Source: Nostoc sp. (GTDB lineage Bacteria; Cyanobacteriota; Cyanobacteriia; Cyanobacteriales; Nostocaceae). From it: 64,000 nucleotides of DNA. Shown here one piece after another: positions 19,781-30,908 of this stretch (its first letter is position 1; every line of letters begins with the position of its first letter). A model generated the notes under the pieces. The model did not search any database. It saw nothing but the letters and a program-made list of their open reading frames with translations, and had not been told where the DNA came from. The stretch is taken from assembly GCA_036918135.1 (NCBI GenBank), contig JBALDB010000056.1, positions 384,001 through 448,000 of the forward strand. The letters run 5' to 3'. Position numbers and translations under genes: made by a program.

Positions 19781-22333
19781 TCATCTCTTGATTAAAAAAT
19801 CTTGGATGTGCTTAACAAACTCTTCCAACTCGGAGATGATGTTATTAGTACCTCGACGTTCTTGATTGCGAGCTAGTTGTTCTAATTTTTCTGCTGCTAG
19901 ATGCATGGTTGTAATTCCCATATTGGCGCTAGCACCTTTAATTTGATGGGCTTCTCGCGCTAGTTGCTCAAAGTTATGAGTTGCGATCGCCATTTGAATT
20001 ATCTCTAAACGAGCTTGAATATCTTCAACAAATATTTGCAGTAATTCAATTTCAAATTCTGGGTTATTTTCTGAGAGTTGATGCAAGCGTTCCCAATCAA
20101 TTGATAGCTCGACTAAAGTTACATCTGTTTCTTTTCCATTCAAAATTATAGTTGCCCAATGCTCTAGAACCGCCGCCAAATCTTCCTTCAAAACTGGCTT
20201 ACTTAAATAGTCATCCATACCTGCATCTAGACATATTTGTTTGTCTTCTTTCATTGCATTAGCTGTCATTGCAATTACGACAGGACGACGACCACTTGCA
20301 AAGCGGCTTTCTTGCCAACGATGAATTTCTTTTGTGGCTTCTAAACCATCAAGAATTGGCATTTGGCAATCCATCAAAATTAAATCATAAGGAATTTTTT
20401 CTAATATCTCCAAAGCTTCTTGTCCATTATTTGCAACATCAGCACTATAGCCCAAATTTTTAAGTTGTTTCAAAGCAATTTTTTGATTAACTAAATTATC
20501 TTCTGTTAAAAGAATTCTTAATTTAGAAGAATCAAGAACAGGAATATTGCAGTTATTTTCGTAGTTTTTCACTTCTGACTCCTGAATTCTCAATTCTGAA
20601 TTCTCAACGCCACTTACTCCAATTGGGGAGCCACTGCTGCGTGCGATAGGGTTGTCTGTTGCATTCGCAAAGCGTTTCTTAGAGAGGCTTCCTCCGTAGA
20701 TGTCCGAAGGGCGGCAAGACAGAGGCATCAAAACTTCTCCTATGGTCGCGCCAACAGCGGGTTCCCCACGTTGTAGGAAGTGGCGTGAAGCCCCAAGATT
20801 GTACTGGCTGCTCTTGACTCTTACCTCCTCTGAAATCACAGAAGCGGTAATTGTGAAATAAAATGTGCTGCCTGTATTCAGTTGACTTTCAACCCAAATT
20901 CTGCCACCCATTAACTCGCACAGTTGCTTGCAAATGGCAAGACCTAAACCAGTACCGCCATACTCTCGAGTAATAGACGAATTAACTTGACTGAAAGCTT
21001 TAAATAAACGTTCCAGGCGATCGCGTGGAATTCCAATGCCTTTATCTTTAATACTAAACTGAATTTCATAAGTATTTACAGCAAAATAATTATTATCGGT
21101 TTGTTTGCGGGCTGTAACTGAAACTTCTATGCTTCCAGTATTAGTAAATTTAATAGCATTACTGAGTAAATTAATTAAGACTTGGCGCAGTCTAGTGATA
21201 TCTCCCACAATCGTAGTAGGAAGTTTAGGATTATCTAACAATATGAGTTTTAATCCTTTTTCTTTAGCTTTAGGTGCAAGCAAATCTAGAGCCTGATGAA
21301 TACAATTTCGTAAAATAAAAGGTTGTTCCTCTAGTTCCAGATTGCCCGATTGAACTTTGGAAAAGTCAAGAAAATCGTTAATAATTTTAAGTAAGGAATT
21401 TCCACTTGTGTAAATAGTTTCAACAAAGTCTCGCTGCTCAAGAGTCAATTCACTATCTAGTAACAAGCTCGCCATACCAGTTACTGATGTAATTGGAGTC
21501 CGAACTTCATGGCTAATCATTGCTAAAAATTGCTGTTTAGCAAGTTCAGCTTGTTTTCGTTCAGTCATGTCTCGCAAAATATAAACATAACCTTGGAAAT
21601 GTTCAATTTCTGTCTGAATAATTGAGCAGGAAAAATTTACATTAATGGTTTTACCACTTTTAGTATGACAAACTGTATCGACCTCTTTGACTAAAGAATT
21701 TATCTCGGAGTTTCTCGATATATCAATACTTTGTATATCATATTGATTGACTTCTTTAAGAACTTGGGTGATAGGTTGACCGATAAGTTCTGTTTCATCA
21801 TATTCTAACAAAACTTGTGCAGCTCTATTCAGTTTTTTTATATTTCCTGACAGCGTTGTTACCAACAATGCATCTGGAATTGATGTCACAATTTGGTCTA
21901 TGTATTGTTTAGAAGCCTTTAAGTTACGTAACAAAAGATTTGCTTCATTTGCACCTTGGAATAAAGATTGCTCAAGCACCATCCGTTCTGTTACATTCTG
22001 CACAAGAATAATAAATGAATTACTATAATTATCTTCTTGGATATTTTTAGTAATATAAATATCAATGTATAAAGGAGAAGCAGTATCGGGCGATCGCCTA
22101 ATTCCCTTTAATTCAAAACTATTTTGTTCTTGCTTGTAAATTGCATCAAAAATATCTTCAAGACCCTCTAGTTCTGGAAACACAATCCGCACATCATCAC
22201 CTTGCTTTACTTGAGTAGAAATATAGACAAAATGATTTAGTCCTAGAGACATCTCTAGAATCTGAAAGTTTTTATTAATAATTAAGTATTCAATTCCAGA
22301 TACAGACAATATATTTGTAAATAATAAGTTCAT
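19781..22333 (-). CDS. Hybrid histidine kinase (PAS-HisKA-HATPase-REC-Hpt)
   Basis: [39 protein letters not shown]. Confidence 0.95.
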   Translation of the reverse strand: MNLLFTNILSVSGIEYLIINKNFQILEMSLGLNHFVYISTQVKQGDDVRIVFPELEGLEDIFDAIYKQEQNSFELKGIRRSPDTASPLYIDIYITKNIQEDNYSNSFIILVQNVTERMVLEQSLFQGANEANLLLRNLKASKQYIDQIVTSIPDALLVTTLSGNIKKLNRAAQVLLEYDETELIGQPITQVLKEVNQYDIQSIDISRNSEINSLVKEVDTVCHTKSGKTINVNFSCSIIQTEIEHFQGYVYILRDMTERKQAELAKQQFLAMISHEVRTPITSVTGMASLLLDSELTLEQRDFVETIYTSGNSLLKIINDFLDFSKVQSGNLELEEQPFILRNCIHQALDLLAPKAKEKGLKLILLDNPKLPTTIVGDITRLRQVLINLLSNAIKFTNTGSIEVSVTARKQTDNNYFAVNTYEIQFSIKDKGIGIPRDRLERLFKAFSQVNSSITREYGGTGLGLAICKQLCELMGGRIWVESQLNTGSTFYFTITASVISEEVRVKSSQYNLGASRHFLQRGEPAVGATIGEVLMPLSCRPSDIYGGSLSKKRFANATDNPIARSSGSPIGVSGVENSELRIQESEVKNYENNCNIPVLDSSKLRILLTEDNLVNQKIALKQLKNLGYSADVANNGQEALEILEKIPYDLILMDCQMPILDGLEATKEIHRWQESRFASGRRPVVIAMTANAMKEDKQICLDAGMDDYLSKPVLKEDLAAVLEHWATIILNGKETDVTLVELSIDWERLHQLSENNPEFEIELLQIFVEDIQARLEIIQMAIATHNFEQLAREAHQIKGASANMGITTMHLAAEKLEQLARNQERRGTNNIISELEEFVKHIQDFLIKR

Positions 22334-22337
22334 TTTC

Positions 22338-22862
22338 CTAAATTAAACGATTAGCTAAAGTTTGAAATATCTCATTAACATTATTACCAGTTTTAGCTGA
22401 AGTGATATAAGTATCTAATATATTGGTTTGATTGTTGAATTGATACATTTGGCGGATATTTTCTAAATATTCCGCTGCAATCATATCTGATTTATTCAGT
22501 GCAACAATAATATAACTTTGAGGATTAACAGTTAAAAAAGTTTGAATATGCTCCTGAAGATGGTTGAGGGTCTCTGGTTGTGTTACATCACCAACTATTA
22601 CAGCACCTTTAGAACCTTGAAAATAATTTTGAGCAACTGCTTTAAATTTATTACTACCTTCAATATCCCAAATTAAAAGTTGTAAATTTTGTTGGTAATC
22701 TATACCTTGTTTATAACAATTCACTAATTTACGAGAAATTTTTACTCCTACAGTTGAAAGATATTCATCACTAAATTTAGATTCAACAAATTGCCGAATT
22801 AGACTAGTTTTACCAACCCCAAAATCACCAAATAAGCAGATTTTCTTAGAGATTGTAGACAT
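22338..22862 (-). CDS. Rab/Ras-like small GTPase
   Basis: G1 GDFGVGKT, G2 STVG, G3 WDIEG, G4 NKSD, G5 SAK; 174 aa standalone protein. Confidence 0.93.
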   Translation of the reverse strand: MSTISKKICLFGDFGVGKTSLIRQFVESKFSDEYLSTVGVKISRKLVNCYKQGIDYQQNLQLLIWDIEGSNKFKAVAQNYFQGSKGAVIVGDVTQPETLNHLQEHIQTFLTVNPQSYIIVALNKSDMIAAEYLENIRQMYQFNNQTNILDTYITSAKTGNNVNEIFQTLANRLI

Positions 22863-22895
22863 ATAGAAATTGCAGTTACTTTAAATTTAAAATTT

Positions 22896-25082
22896 TTAGT
22901 TTATCGGTTCTACAATGACACAGCGGCTTAACCACGAGGGTTGAGTTGCATCAATTCCTGGTGGGAAAGTTGTTCTAGCGATTATTTGTAGACGAGATGG
23001 TTCGATACCTAATTTAATCAATGCTTGTTGTACAGCTTTTGCTCGTGTCAATGCTAATTTTTGAGAGGTATTTTTACTATTATGGTCATAACTATAACCA
23101 ATGATTTTTAAATGCTGATTTGGGTGCTGATTGAGAAAAAATTTGACCTGTTTAACTTTATGTCCTAAATCAGCTTTCATCAGATTGGCTGACTCAGGTT
23201 GAAAGTAAAATCGCACTTCAATCTGTAAAGGTTCTACTCGCACTGCACTAGACACAACTTTTACACCTGGAATTTGCTCAAATGCATGAGAAATAGTTCG
23301 AGCATCTGTAATCCGGTTAACAGTACCTTCAATAAACACTTTACCTGCAATGTATTGACTAAAAATAGCTGTACCCTCTGTTTGATTTAAAATTGCTGTA
23401 ACTCGTTTGACTTCAGCAGCGGCTAATACAGGATCTGCTGGTATTTCGACTAATAAAATTTGATTATTAATCAACCAATTAGGAGAGGTTTGTTTGACGA
23501 TTTGTTCAGCTTTCTGGCGAAGAAGTTGATTTGGTAATCTTCCAGTTAATTTTAATTTATTATCTTCTACTTGCACTGTTAACCGATACACAGCTAATTC
23601 GGGAGTAGAAGTTAGAGCTAACAAAGTTTTATTTTCAATAGAACGTATCACTCCAGTCTGGTATTGCCAAAAGCCCCAAGGAATGAAAATACTGCTGAAA
23701 ACTGTCAAACCGAATATTAGTAAAGGTGATAATTTTTTTTTCTTTTTATGCTGAATAGCTATCTCTTGAAGTTCTTGTAAAAGTGCATTAACTTCACTAG
23801 GAATAGTATCTAAATCTCCATCAAAATTTTCAATTATTTCGCCATGCTTTTTAATAATTTTGCTGAAATTCTGTCGCATTTTATAAATAAAGTTTTTGTT
23901 TGGTTCTCCTTGAATAACAATGGCTAAATAACAGTAGCCTGCAACTTCTAAAATTATTTTTGAGGTTCCGTAGGCAATTGTATCTAATTCGGTCACACCT
24001 CCAGATTGATTAATGCAATCATTGGCAAAGCTGCGAATCGCAGTCAGCATTCCTGCTACCATTTCAGCCTCAAGCTGCTGTGTATCAGAGCGTTGAATAT
24101 TTGAGATAATTAAACCAGATGGTTTATGAATCAAGAAAATGGCTTGAATTGCAAATGGCAGAGCTTCTTTAAGAATTAATTCTGCTTCTGAAACTCCCTG
24201 TAACTTGGCACGAATTTTACGTTTAATTCCTTCTACGCTGAGGGTTTCTTCAACTTGTCGGTTAATAGCACGGATTGTCTCTGCCATATATTTGGCTATG
24301 GTACTACCAATAATTGGGTAGAGTGCATCGACAACAATATTTTCTTCAATTTCAACTTGCTTTTTAATTGCTCGTCCTATTGCCGGAGCGATCGCATCTG
24401 ATACTTCCTGTGGTGCAACAATAATTTGTTGGGAAATTGCTAGAGGAACAGCAGGTGCGATCGCTTCACTCATACTTGCTCTATCCTGTTCAGTACGACT
24501 ACGGATAGTGCGATCGATAATAGGAGCAATTATCTCTATAATTTCCTCTTTTGATTCAGCCAGCTTCAGTTTTAAAAGCTCAGAGATCCAGGGTAACAAT
24601 AGATTGATTAACTCTTTTGGTTCATAAATTTGATATTCTAATTTTGTTGTTTTTTCTTGAACTTTATTAATAATATTATTTAAGTCTGCTAGTTCCTGTC
24701 CAACTAAAATTTGTTGTAATTTTTGAAATGCATCCTCTGATTTTTCAGAAATGTTCTCATAATCTGTATATATTTCAAGAGATTTTTCTAACTCTTCTTC
24801 AGCAATTTTTGATAAATTAGGTACGTGACAAACAGAATTAAAAGTAGACTCTAAATAAGCTTCACACACCTCCAATGGAACTGAAGGAAGTTGCAATAAT
24901 TCAGTTTTTTCTGAAAAATACTCGTAACTATTATTATTTTTTAATTGTAATTGAGAAAAAGATTGCTGAGGTGAATCAATAATTTTGAGTTCGACAAGTA
25001 AATGTACTAAATTCTCAAGCTGTGTAACTTCTTCTTCTTTTAATTCAACAGATTGAGAAATTGAATGTTCCACCTGAGTCAT
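22896..25082 (-). CDS. Single-pass membrane protein: coiled coil + longin/roadblock-like domain + TM + BON + OmpA-like C-terminus
   Basis: KKKKK followed by a hydrophobic TM; BON-like LTVQVEDNKLKLTG; OmpA-like YFQPESA..LKIIGY..LALTRAKAVQQAL..SRCV. Confidence 0.8.
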   Translation of the reverse strand: MTQVEHSISQSVELKEEEVTQLENLVHLLVELKIIDSPQQSFSQLQLKNNNSYEYFSEKTELLQLPSVPLEVCEAYLESTFNSVCHVPNLSKIAEEELEKSLEIYTDYENISEKSEDAFQKLQQILVGQELADLNNIINKVQEKTTKLEYQIYEPKELINLLLPWISELLKLKLAESKEEIIEIIAPIIDRTIRSRTEQDRASMSEAIAPAVPLAISQQIIVAPQEVSDAIAPAIGRAIKKQVEIEENIVVDALYPIIGSTIAKYMAETIRAINRQVEETLSVEGIKRKIRAKLQGVSEAELILKEALPFAIQAIFLIHKPSGLIISNIQRSDTQQLEAEMVAGMLTAIRSFANDCINQSGGVTELDTIAYGTSKIILEVAGYCYLAIVIQGEPNKNFIYKMRQNFSKIIKKHGEIIENFDGDLDTIPSEVNALLQELQEIAIQHKKKKKLSPLLIFGLTVFSSIFIPWGFWQYQTGVIRSIENKTLLALTSTPELAVYRLTVQVEDNKLKLTGRLPNQLLRQKAEQIVKQTSPNWLINNQILLVEIPADPVLAAAEVKRVTAILNQTEGTAIFSQYIAGKVFIEGTVNRITDARTISHAFEQIPGVKVVSSAVRVEPLQIEVRFYFQPESANLMKADLGHKVKQVKFFLNQHPNQHLKIIGYSYDHNSKNTSQKLALTRAKAVQQALIKLGIEPSRLQIIARTTFPPGIDATQPSWLSRCVIVEPIN

Positions 25083-25256
25083 ATCAGTAAATCTCGTCTT
25101 GAAAAGTGCTGTTAGCTTTCTGTGGGACTTTTAGACTGTGCTGAGTTAAGAATTAGGAACGAGCCGGAGACTTTAAAAGCTCCGGTTAAAAATTATTTAC
25201 CTCATCCCCCTCATCTTCTACTGTGATTAAGAATGTAACTCTACCGTACTGTTGGA

Positions 25257-25883
25257 CTAAGTTAACATTTTTGAGAACTTTGTAGTTTCTAGAAGCGGTA
25301 CGGCAGTATAATCGTTGCTGCGTTCATCGGCGGCTTCTCGAAGCTGAGGAATAAATTCAGTTTCTTTTAGGCGCATTCCTAAAGCAAACAAGGTTTCAGC
25401 TATATCGTCTTTAGAAACCTTGGTATTTGTCAACTGTGAAAAGCGGCGATCTATTTCTTCTAAAATTAGATCCCGTAGGGCGCTAACATCATCTTGTAAT
25501 TGGACTTTGGTTTGAAAGATTTCATCTCGGATTGAGGTAGTTTGGCTATCTAAGGCGTCATCAAGGGACTGAACACTACTAGAGAACTTTTTATTAAGTC
25601 GATCGACTTGTTGGCGTAAGTCAAGAGTTTCTTCTTGAGTTGTAATGTTGAGTGACTTTAGCTTTTTCTCTACTGCCTCAAACCCCACTTTTAGTTCGGT
25701 GGAAAAGTTGGACTTGAGTTGCTCAACATGCGATCGCATTTGTTGTTGCAACAAAGAAATATCTGACTCCAGTTTACTAAATCGATTTTCGTACTCTCTT
25801 AGCTGTGTACCAAAAATAATATCGCGGATCTGATCGATATTGCCCAGCCGTTCTCGTACATCGTCTCTACTCATCTGACTCAT
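25257..25883 (-). CDS. Coiled-coil hypothetical protein
   Basis: 208-aa ORF in the operon; IDQIRDIIFG motif, heptad-rich sequence. Confidence 0.8.
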   Translation of the reverse strand: MSQMSRDDVRERLGNIDQIRDIIFGTQLREYENRFSKLESDISLLQQQMRSHVEQLKSNFSTELKVGFEAVEKKLKSLNITTQEETLDLRQQVDRLNKKFSSSVQSLDDALDSQTTSIRDEIFQTKVQLQDDVSALRDLILEEIDRRFSQLTNTKVSKDDIAETLFALGMRLKETEFIPQLREAADERSNDYTAVPLLETTKFSKMLT

Positions 25884-25988
25884 TAGGAAAACCTCAGAAC
25901 CTACTTTGAGGACATCAAATTTATTATTCCCATTTGTTTACAAGTTATATCTATAAAATAAAATTAGTTATTTGCAAAGTAAAAATGA

Positions 25989-28900
25989 CTAATTAGCAAT
26001 GATTAAAAACTCTTGGATGCGTTTAACAAAATCTTCTAACTCTAAAAGGAATTTATTAGTACCTCGACGTTCTTGGTTGCGAGCTAGTTGTTCTAATTTT
26101 TCTGCTGCCAGGTGCATGGTTGTAACACCCATATTAGCACTAGCACCTTTAATTTGATGAGCTTCTCGCGCTAGTTGCTCAAAATCATGAGCTGCGATCG
26201 CCATTTGAATTATTTCTAAACGAGCTTGAATATCTTCAACAAATATTTGTAGTAATTCAATTTCAAATTCTGGGTTATTTTCTGAGAGTTGATGCAAGCG
26301 TTCCCAATCAATTGGTAGGTCAACTAAATCGGCATCTTTTGTACTAATTGTCTGCTTTGAAACAACAGTTTGTTTGGGCAATATCAGCATTGTCCAATGC
26401 TCTAGAGCCGCTGCCAATTTTTCCTTGATTACTGGCTTGCTCAAATAGTCATCCATGCCTGCATCTAGACACATTTGTTTGTCTTCTTTCATCGCATTAG
26501 CTGTCATCGCAATTACCACAGGACGACGACCACCTGCAAAGCAGTTTTCTTGCCAACGATGAATTTCTTTTGTGGCTTCTAAACCATCAAGAACTGGCAT
26601 TTGGCAGTCCATCAAAATTAAATCGTAGGGAATTTTTTCTAATAACTGCAACACTTCTTGCCCATTAGCAGCAACATCAGCACTGTAGCCGAGACTCTGG
26701 AGTTGCTTCAAAGCTACTTTCTGATTTACCAAATTATCCTCAGCTAAAAGAATTCTTAATTTAGGAGAGTTAGAAGTGGCAGGGACAGGGAGATACGGGG
26801 ACACGGGGAATGGACTAGATAGATTCTGTGCGTCTTTCAACGCTACTTGGTTTAAGTTGGGGAAGCCGTCCAATGCAGTGGCTCCTGTTTGCGTCACCGC
26901 CTCCTCTTGTTTTGGTTCTAATTGCGTTTCTAAAATAGCCAAGATTGTATCGAGAAGTCGGGACGGCTTTACAGGTTTGACCAAATAAGCTGCAAATCCA
27001 ATTTTTAGCGCTTGTTGGACTTCATCTCGTTGATTAGTAGAGGTGAGCATAATCAAAGGTAACTGGGCGATCGCCCAATTGTTCTTAATTTGCTCTCCCA
27101 AAGTCAAGCCATCTATTTCTGGCATCTGCATGTCAATCACAGCAATGTCATAGAAACTATTGTGCTTAGCAGCTTGTTCAATAGCTTTGAGGGCAATAGT
27201 AGCAGAAGCAGCTTGGTCTACTACCATCCCCCAACGGGTAGCTTGATAGTGGATAATTTTGCGATTAGTAGCATTATCATCGACTACTAACAAGCGGCGA
27301 TTAGTTAGAAGTGCGCGTTCGCCCTTGGTGTTGGTGAAGCCATCGTGTATTGACGAAATTGGGTGAAGTTGTTTGGGGAGAGTTATTTCAAACCAAAACT
27401 TAGATCCTTTACCCGGATGACTTTCTACGCCAATTTCTCCTCCCATCAAGTTCACTAGTTGCTTGCAGATAGCTAATCCCAAACCTGTACCGCCATATTT
27501 ACGGGTAGTGGAAGCATCTACTTGGGTAAATGGCGTAAACAGTTTGGATTGGTCTTGGGAGCTAATGCCAAGACCAGTATCTATGATGGCGAAATAGATG
27601 GTGGCTGTAGTCGAGGAGTGCGATCGCAATTCTACTCGCACTATTACTTCTCCACTGCTGGTGAATTTGATCGCATTGCTGATTAGGTTCATCAAAATTT
27701 GCCGCAAACGACCAGCATCACCTTGGAGATCGGTCGGGACGTTAGGATAAATCAAGGCTGCAATTTCTAATCCCTTGTTATGAGCTGGGGGAGCTAATAA
27801 TTCCAGCACCTCTTCTATACAGGTAGATAAGTTAAAATCTAGAGTTTCTAACACCATCTCCCCAGCTTCAAGTTTGGACAGATCCAAAATTTCGTTAATT
27901 AGACTTAACAGTGCGTCTCCACTAATGCGAATTGTTTCCATAAAATCGCGTTGCTCCCAGTTGAGGGGAGTTTCCAACATTAAGCCTGTCATCCCCAATA
28001 CAGCATTCATGGGGGTACGAATTTCATGGCTCATGTTAGCTAAAAAAGCGCTTTTGGTTTTAGAAGCTAATTCAGCTTCGTGACGAGCAACTTCAAGTTC
28101 TCGTCGCTGTTGAGTTTCTGCATCTAACATTTGGGCTTGGGCTAAGGCGATACCTACTTGATCGGCTATTTGCCGTAAAAGATGAGTTTCAAAGCTAGAC
28201 CATTGGCGAGAACTACCGCACTGATGAACAATCAGTAAACCGCAGAGTTCTTCTTTGACAAGAATCGGCACAACTAAATTTGACTTGACTCCAAATTGTT
28301 GGAGTAATTCTATGTGATTTTTTTGTACTTCACCTATATCTAAATCTGCAAGCCCGGAATTTCGTTTTTGACGATACTGCTGTAGATAGTACTGTTGTAG
28401 ATATTCTGCTTGAAAGTAAGTATCGGTGAGCTTTTTCTCTTTGATTGTCAACCACCCAGAAACTACTGCTTCGACGATGGTGCTTGTAGATTCATCAGGT
28501 TGATAGATTAAGACTCGATCGCTATGGAGAATTTTCTGTACCTCTGTAACAGCAATTTGCAGAATTTCTTTAATTTGCAAAGACTGGCGAATCTTCAGGG
28601 TGATTTCAGTAAATAATTGCGATCGCAAGTTTTGGCGTTGAAGTTCTTCTTCTGCTTGTTTGCGCTCAATAAACTGTCCGACTTGCTCGCCAATCGAATT
28701 CATCACTTCTGCCAAATCTGGGTCGGGTTGCTGGATTTCATGGCTAAAGCAAGTAATCACACCAAGGATTTTTTTACCTCCACAGATGGGAAAACCAAAA
28801 GCTCCATGCAGTCCTGCTTCAGCAGCGATTTTTAAGCGCATAAAACCGTTATCTTTAGCAACATCAGTAATCCAAACAGGTTCGGCATTAGCCCACACAC

Positions 28901-30713
28901 GACCAGGCAATCCAATTCCGGGCGCAAAAGTTATCTGCCGACTGAGTATGTCAAATTCCTGCATTTCTAATGATGTTTTATACCAATTATCTAAAAAAGT
29001 CAGTATATTAACTTCCCGATCCACCATCCAAATTTCACTCACAGCCGCTCCCAAACTCTCGCAGATTCCTTGCAGAATTAGGTGCATGGCTTCTTTGATG
29101 GTGGTAGACTCTGCTAAGACGCGGGTTGTAGCATATTGTGCTTTAAGATGCTGTTCGGTGCGTTTGCGCTCGCTGATATCAATACCTGTGGCAACAATGT
29201 ATTCCACGCGACCCTCGTAGTCTTGCAAAATAGTGTTAGCCCAGGCAATTAGTCGCCGACTCCCATCCTTCGTTACCCAATAGTTTTCATACTCATTAGG
29301 CCCTTTACCATTTCGCAATTGCTCAAACACTGCTTTAACTGGCTCTATCTGTTCGGGTACTAAAAATAAATTCCAGAAATACCTGCCTCTGACTTCATCA
29401 AATGAGTAACCAGTTGTTTGCTCGCAAGCTTGATTGAAGCGAATAATTTGCCCTTGGGTGTCAACAACTACTACCAAAGCACTGGCTGTATCAAGAACTG
29501 CGGAGATAAAGTTGCGTTCTTGGTTGAGCGTCTCTTCTGTCAATTTACGCTCTCTGACTTCACGATAAATGAAGTAGTAGAGTATGGCTAGAACAATAAA
29601 ACTCAGACAAATAGCGATCGCAAGCGTCAAAATCGTGTTGTTAGCACTGGCTTTGGCAGCTTGTGATTGCTGCTGAAGCAATCCTTTGTCCTCATTCTCC
29701 ATCTCATCGATCGCCTTGCGGATATCATCCATGAGATTCTTTCCCTGATTTGTCTGGATTAACTCCAACGCCGCCTCGAATCCCTGATTTTGGCGCAAGT
29801 CTATTGTCTGCTTGAGTATGGCAAGTTTTGCAGCTATCAGGGGTTTAAGGATTACGAACTGCTTTTGTTGGCTGGGATGAGCTGCGATTAAATCCTCCAG
29901 TTCTTCAATTGTTCGATCGATGTTTCTAAGTGCTGCTTGGTGAGGTTCTAAATAACTTTCTTGCCCAGTCAGGATGTAACCGCGTTGTCCAGTTTCAGCA
30001 TCCTTCATCTCAGACAGTAGTTCTTCGAGCTTATTAATTTTCTCTTGGGTTTTTTGTACCTGATTATTATTATTAATTAATAAGATTGTGTTCTGATAAG
30101 AAATTACGCCAATCAAGACTAAAATTGCTGATGCTAACCCAAACCCACCAGCAACTCTTTGAAAAAATTGTTTGCGTTTCTTTTGTACTTGGTTGCGCGT
30201 ATCATTCGCTAAGACCAAACTTGCTAAGTTGCGCCGCATTTCTAATTGTTTGATTACCTGGCGACCGATAATTCGTAATGCTTCAACTTGTTCTGGAGAA
30301 AGATTTCTAGGTACACGATCGACTACACAAATTGTTCCTAACGCATATCCTTCAGGATTAGTCAACGGTACACCAGCATAAAACCGTACATGAGGATCGG
30401 AAATAACTGCCGGGTTAGTAGAAAACCTTTCGTCTTGTGTAGCATCAGGGACAACAAAAACTTCAGGTTCCAAAATAGCATGGGCACAGAATGCCTCATC
30501 TCTGGGCGTTTCTAGGGCATCTAAGCCAACTTTTGACTTGAACCACTGGCGATCGCTATCGACTAAACTAATTAAGGCAATGGGAGTTCCACAAATATAT
30601 GAGGCTAGACGAGTCAGGTCGTCAAAAGCAACTTCCGAAGGAGTATCGAGGATCTTATACTGCAAAAGAGACTCAATTCGCTGTGTTTCGTTATCAGGTA
30701 ATGGTGCTTTCAT
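25989..30713 (-). CDS. Multi-sensor hybrid histidine kinase (GAF-CHASE3-PAS-GAF-GAF-HisKA-HATPase-REC-REC-Hpt)
   Basis: [12 protein letters not shown] (CHASE3) between two TMs; SHEIRTP; two REC domains; Hpt. Confidence 0.95.
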   Translation of the reverse strand: MKAPLPDNETQRIESLLQYKILDTPSEVAFDDLTRLASYICGTPIALISLVDSDRQWFKSKVGLDALETPRDEAFCAHAILEPEVFVVPDATQDERFSTNPAVISDPHVRFYAGVPLTNPEGYALGTICVVDRVPRNLSPEQVEALRIIGRQVIKQLEMRRNLASLVLANDTRNQVQKKRKQFFQRVAGGFGLASAILVLIGVISYQNTILLINNNNQVQKTQEKINKLEELLSEMKDAETGQRGYILTGQESYLEPHQAALRNIDRTIEELEDLIAAHPSQQKQFVILKPLIAAKLAILKQTIDLRQNQGFEAALELIQTNQGKNLMDDIRKAIDEMENEDKGLLQQQSQAAKASANNTILTLAIAICLSFIVLAILYYFIYREVRERKLTEETLNQERNFISAVLDTASALVVVVDTQGQIIRFNQACEQTTGYSFDEVRGRYFWNLFLVPEQIEPVKAVFEQLRNGKGPNEYENYWVTKDGSRRLIAWANTILQDYEGRVEYIVATGIDISERKRTEQHLKAQYATTRVLAESTTIKEAMHLILQGICESLGAAVSEIWMVDREVNILTFLDNWYKTSLEMQEFDILSRQITFAPGIGLPGRVWANAEPVWITDVAKDNGFMRLKIAAEAGLHGAFGFPICGGKKILGVITCFSHEIQQPDPDLAEVMNSIGEQVGQFIERKQAEEELQRQNLRSQLFTEITLKIRQSLQIKEILQIAVTEVQKILHSDRVLIYQPDESTSTIVEAVVSGWLTIKEKKLTDTYFQAEYLQQYYLQQYRQKRNSGLADLDIGEVQKNHIELLQQFGVKSNLVVPILVKEELCGLLIVHQCGSSRQWSSFETHLLRQIADQVGIALAQAQMLDAETQQRRELEVARHEAELASKTKSAFLANMSHEIRTPMNAVLGMTGLMLETPLNWEQRDFMETIRISGDALLSLINEILDLSKLEAGEMVLETLDFNLSTCIEEVLELLAPPAHNKGLEIAALIYPNVPTDLQGDAGRLRQILMNLISNAIKFTSSGEVIVRVELRSHSSTTATIYFAIIDTGLGISSQDQSKLFTPFTQVDASTTRKYGGTGLGLAICKQLVNLMGGEIGVESHPGKGSKFWFEITLPKQLHPISSIHDGFTNTKGERALLTNRRLLVVDDNATNRKIIHYQATRWGMVVDQAASATIALKAIEQAAKHNSFYDIAVIDMQMPEIDGLTLGEQIKNNWAIAQLPLIMLTSTNQRDEVQQALKIGFAAYLVKPVKPSRLLDTILAILETQLEPKQEEAVTQTGATALDGFPNLNQVALKDAQNLSSPFPVSPYLPVPATSNSPKLRILLAEDNLVNQKVALKQLQSLGYSADVAANGQEVLQLLEKIPYDLILMDCQMPVLDGLEATKEIHRWQENCFAGGRRPVVIAMTANAMKEDKQMCLDAGMDDYLSKPVIKEKLAAALEHWTMLILPKQTVVSKQTISTKDADLVDLPIDWERLHQLSENNPEFEIELLQIFVEDIQARLEIIQMAIAAHDFEQLAREAHQIKGASANMGVTTMHLAAEKLEQLARNQERRGTNKFLLELEDFVKRIQEFLIIAN

Positions 30714-30908
30714 CTTTAAGCCTTATACCATTTTGGATTTTCAAAAAAGAAAATTCAGGAGTTAGAAATTACGAGTCAGAATTCAAAAGTCAGGAGTTAG
30801 GAGTCAAAATTAAGAAGACTTTAATACTCAAGCTTTATAATTTGAAGAAAATCAAAAATCTATAGCACACTTGATTCAATATTCCTACTGAATTCTGAAT
30901 TCTTTTGA

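Noticed and set aside
20640..20760. Group II intron remnant (starts GTGCG)
   Set aside because: Only ~120 nt, no recognisable domain V; better explained as nested small repeats.
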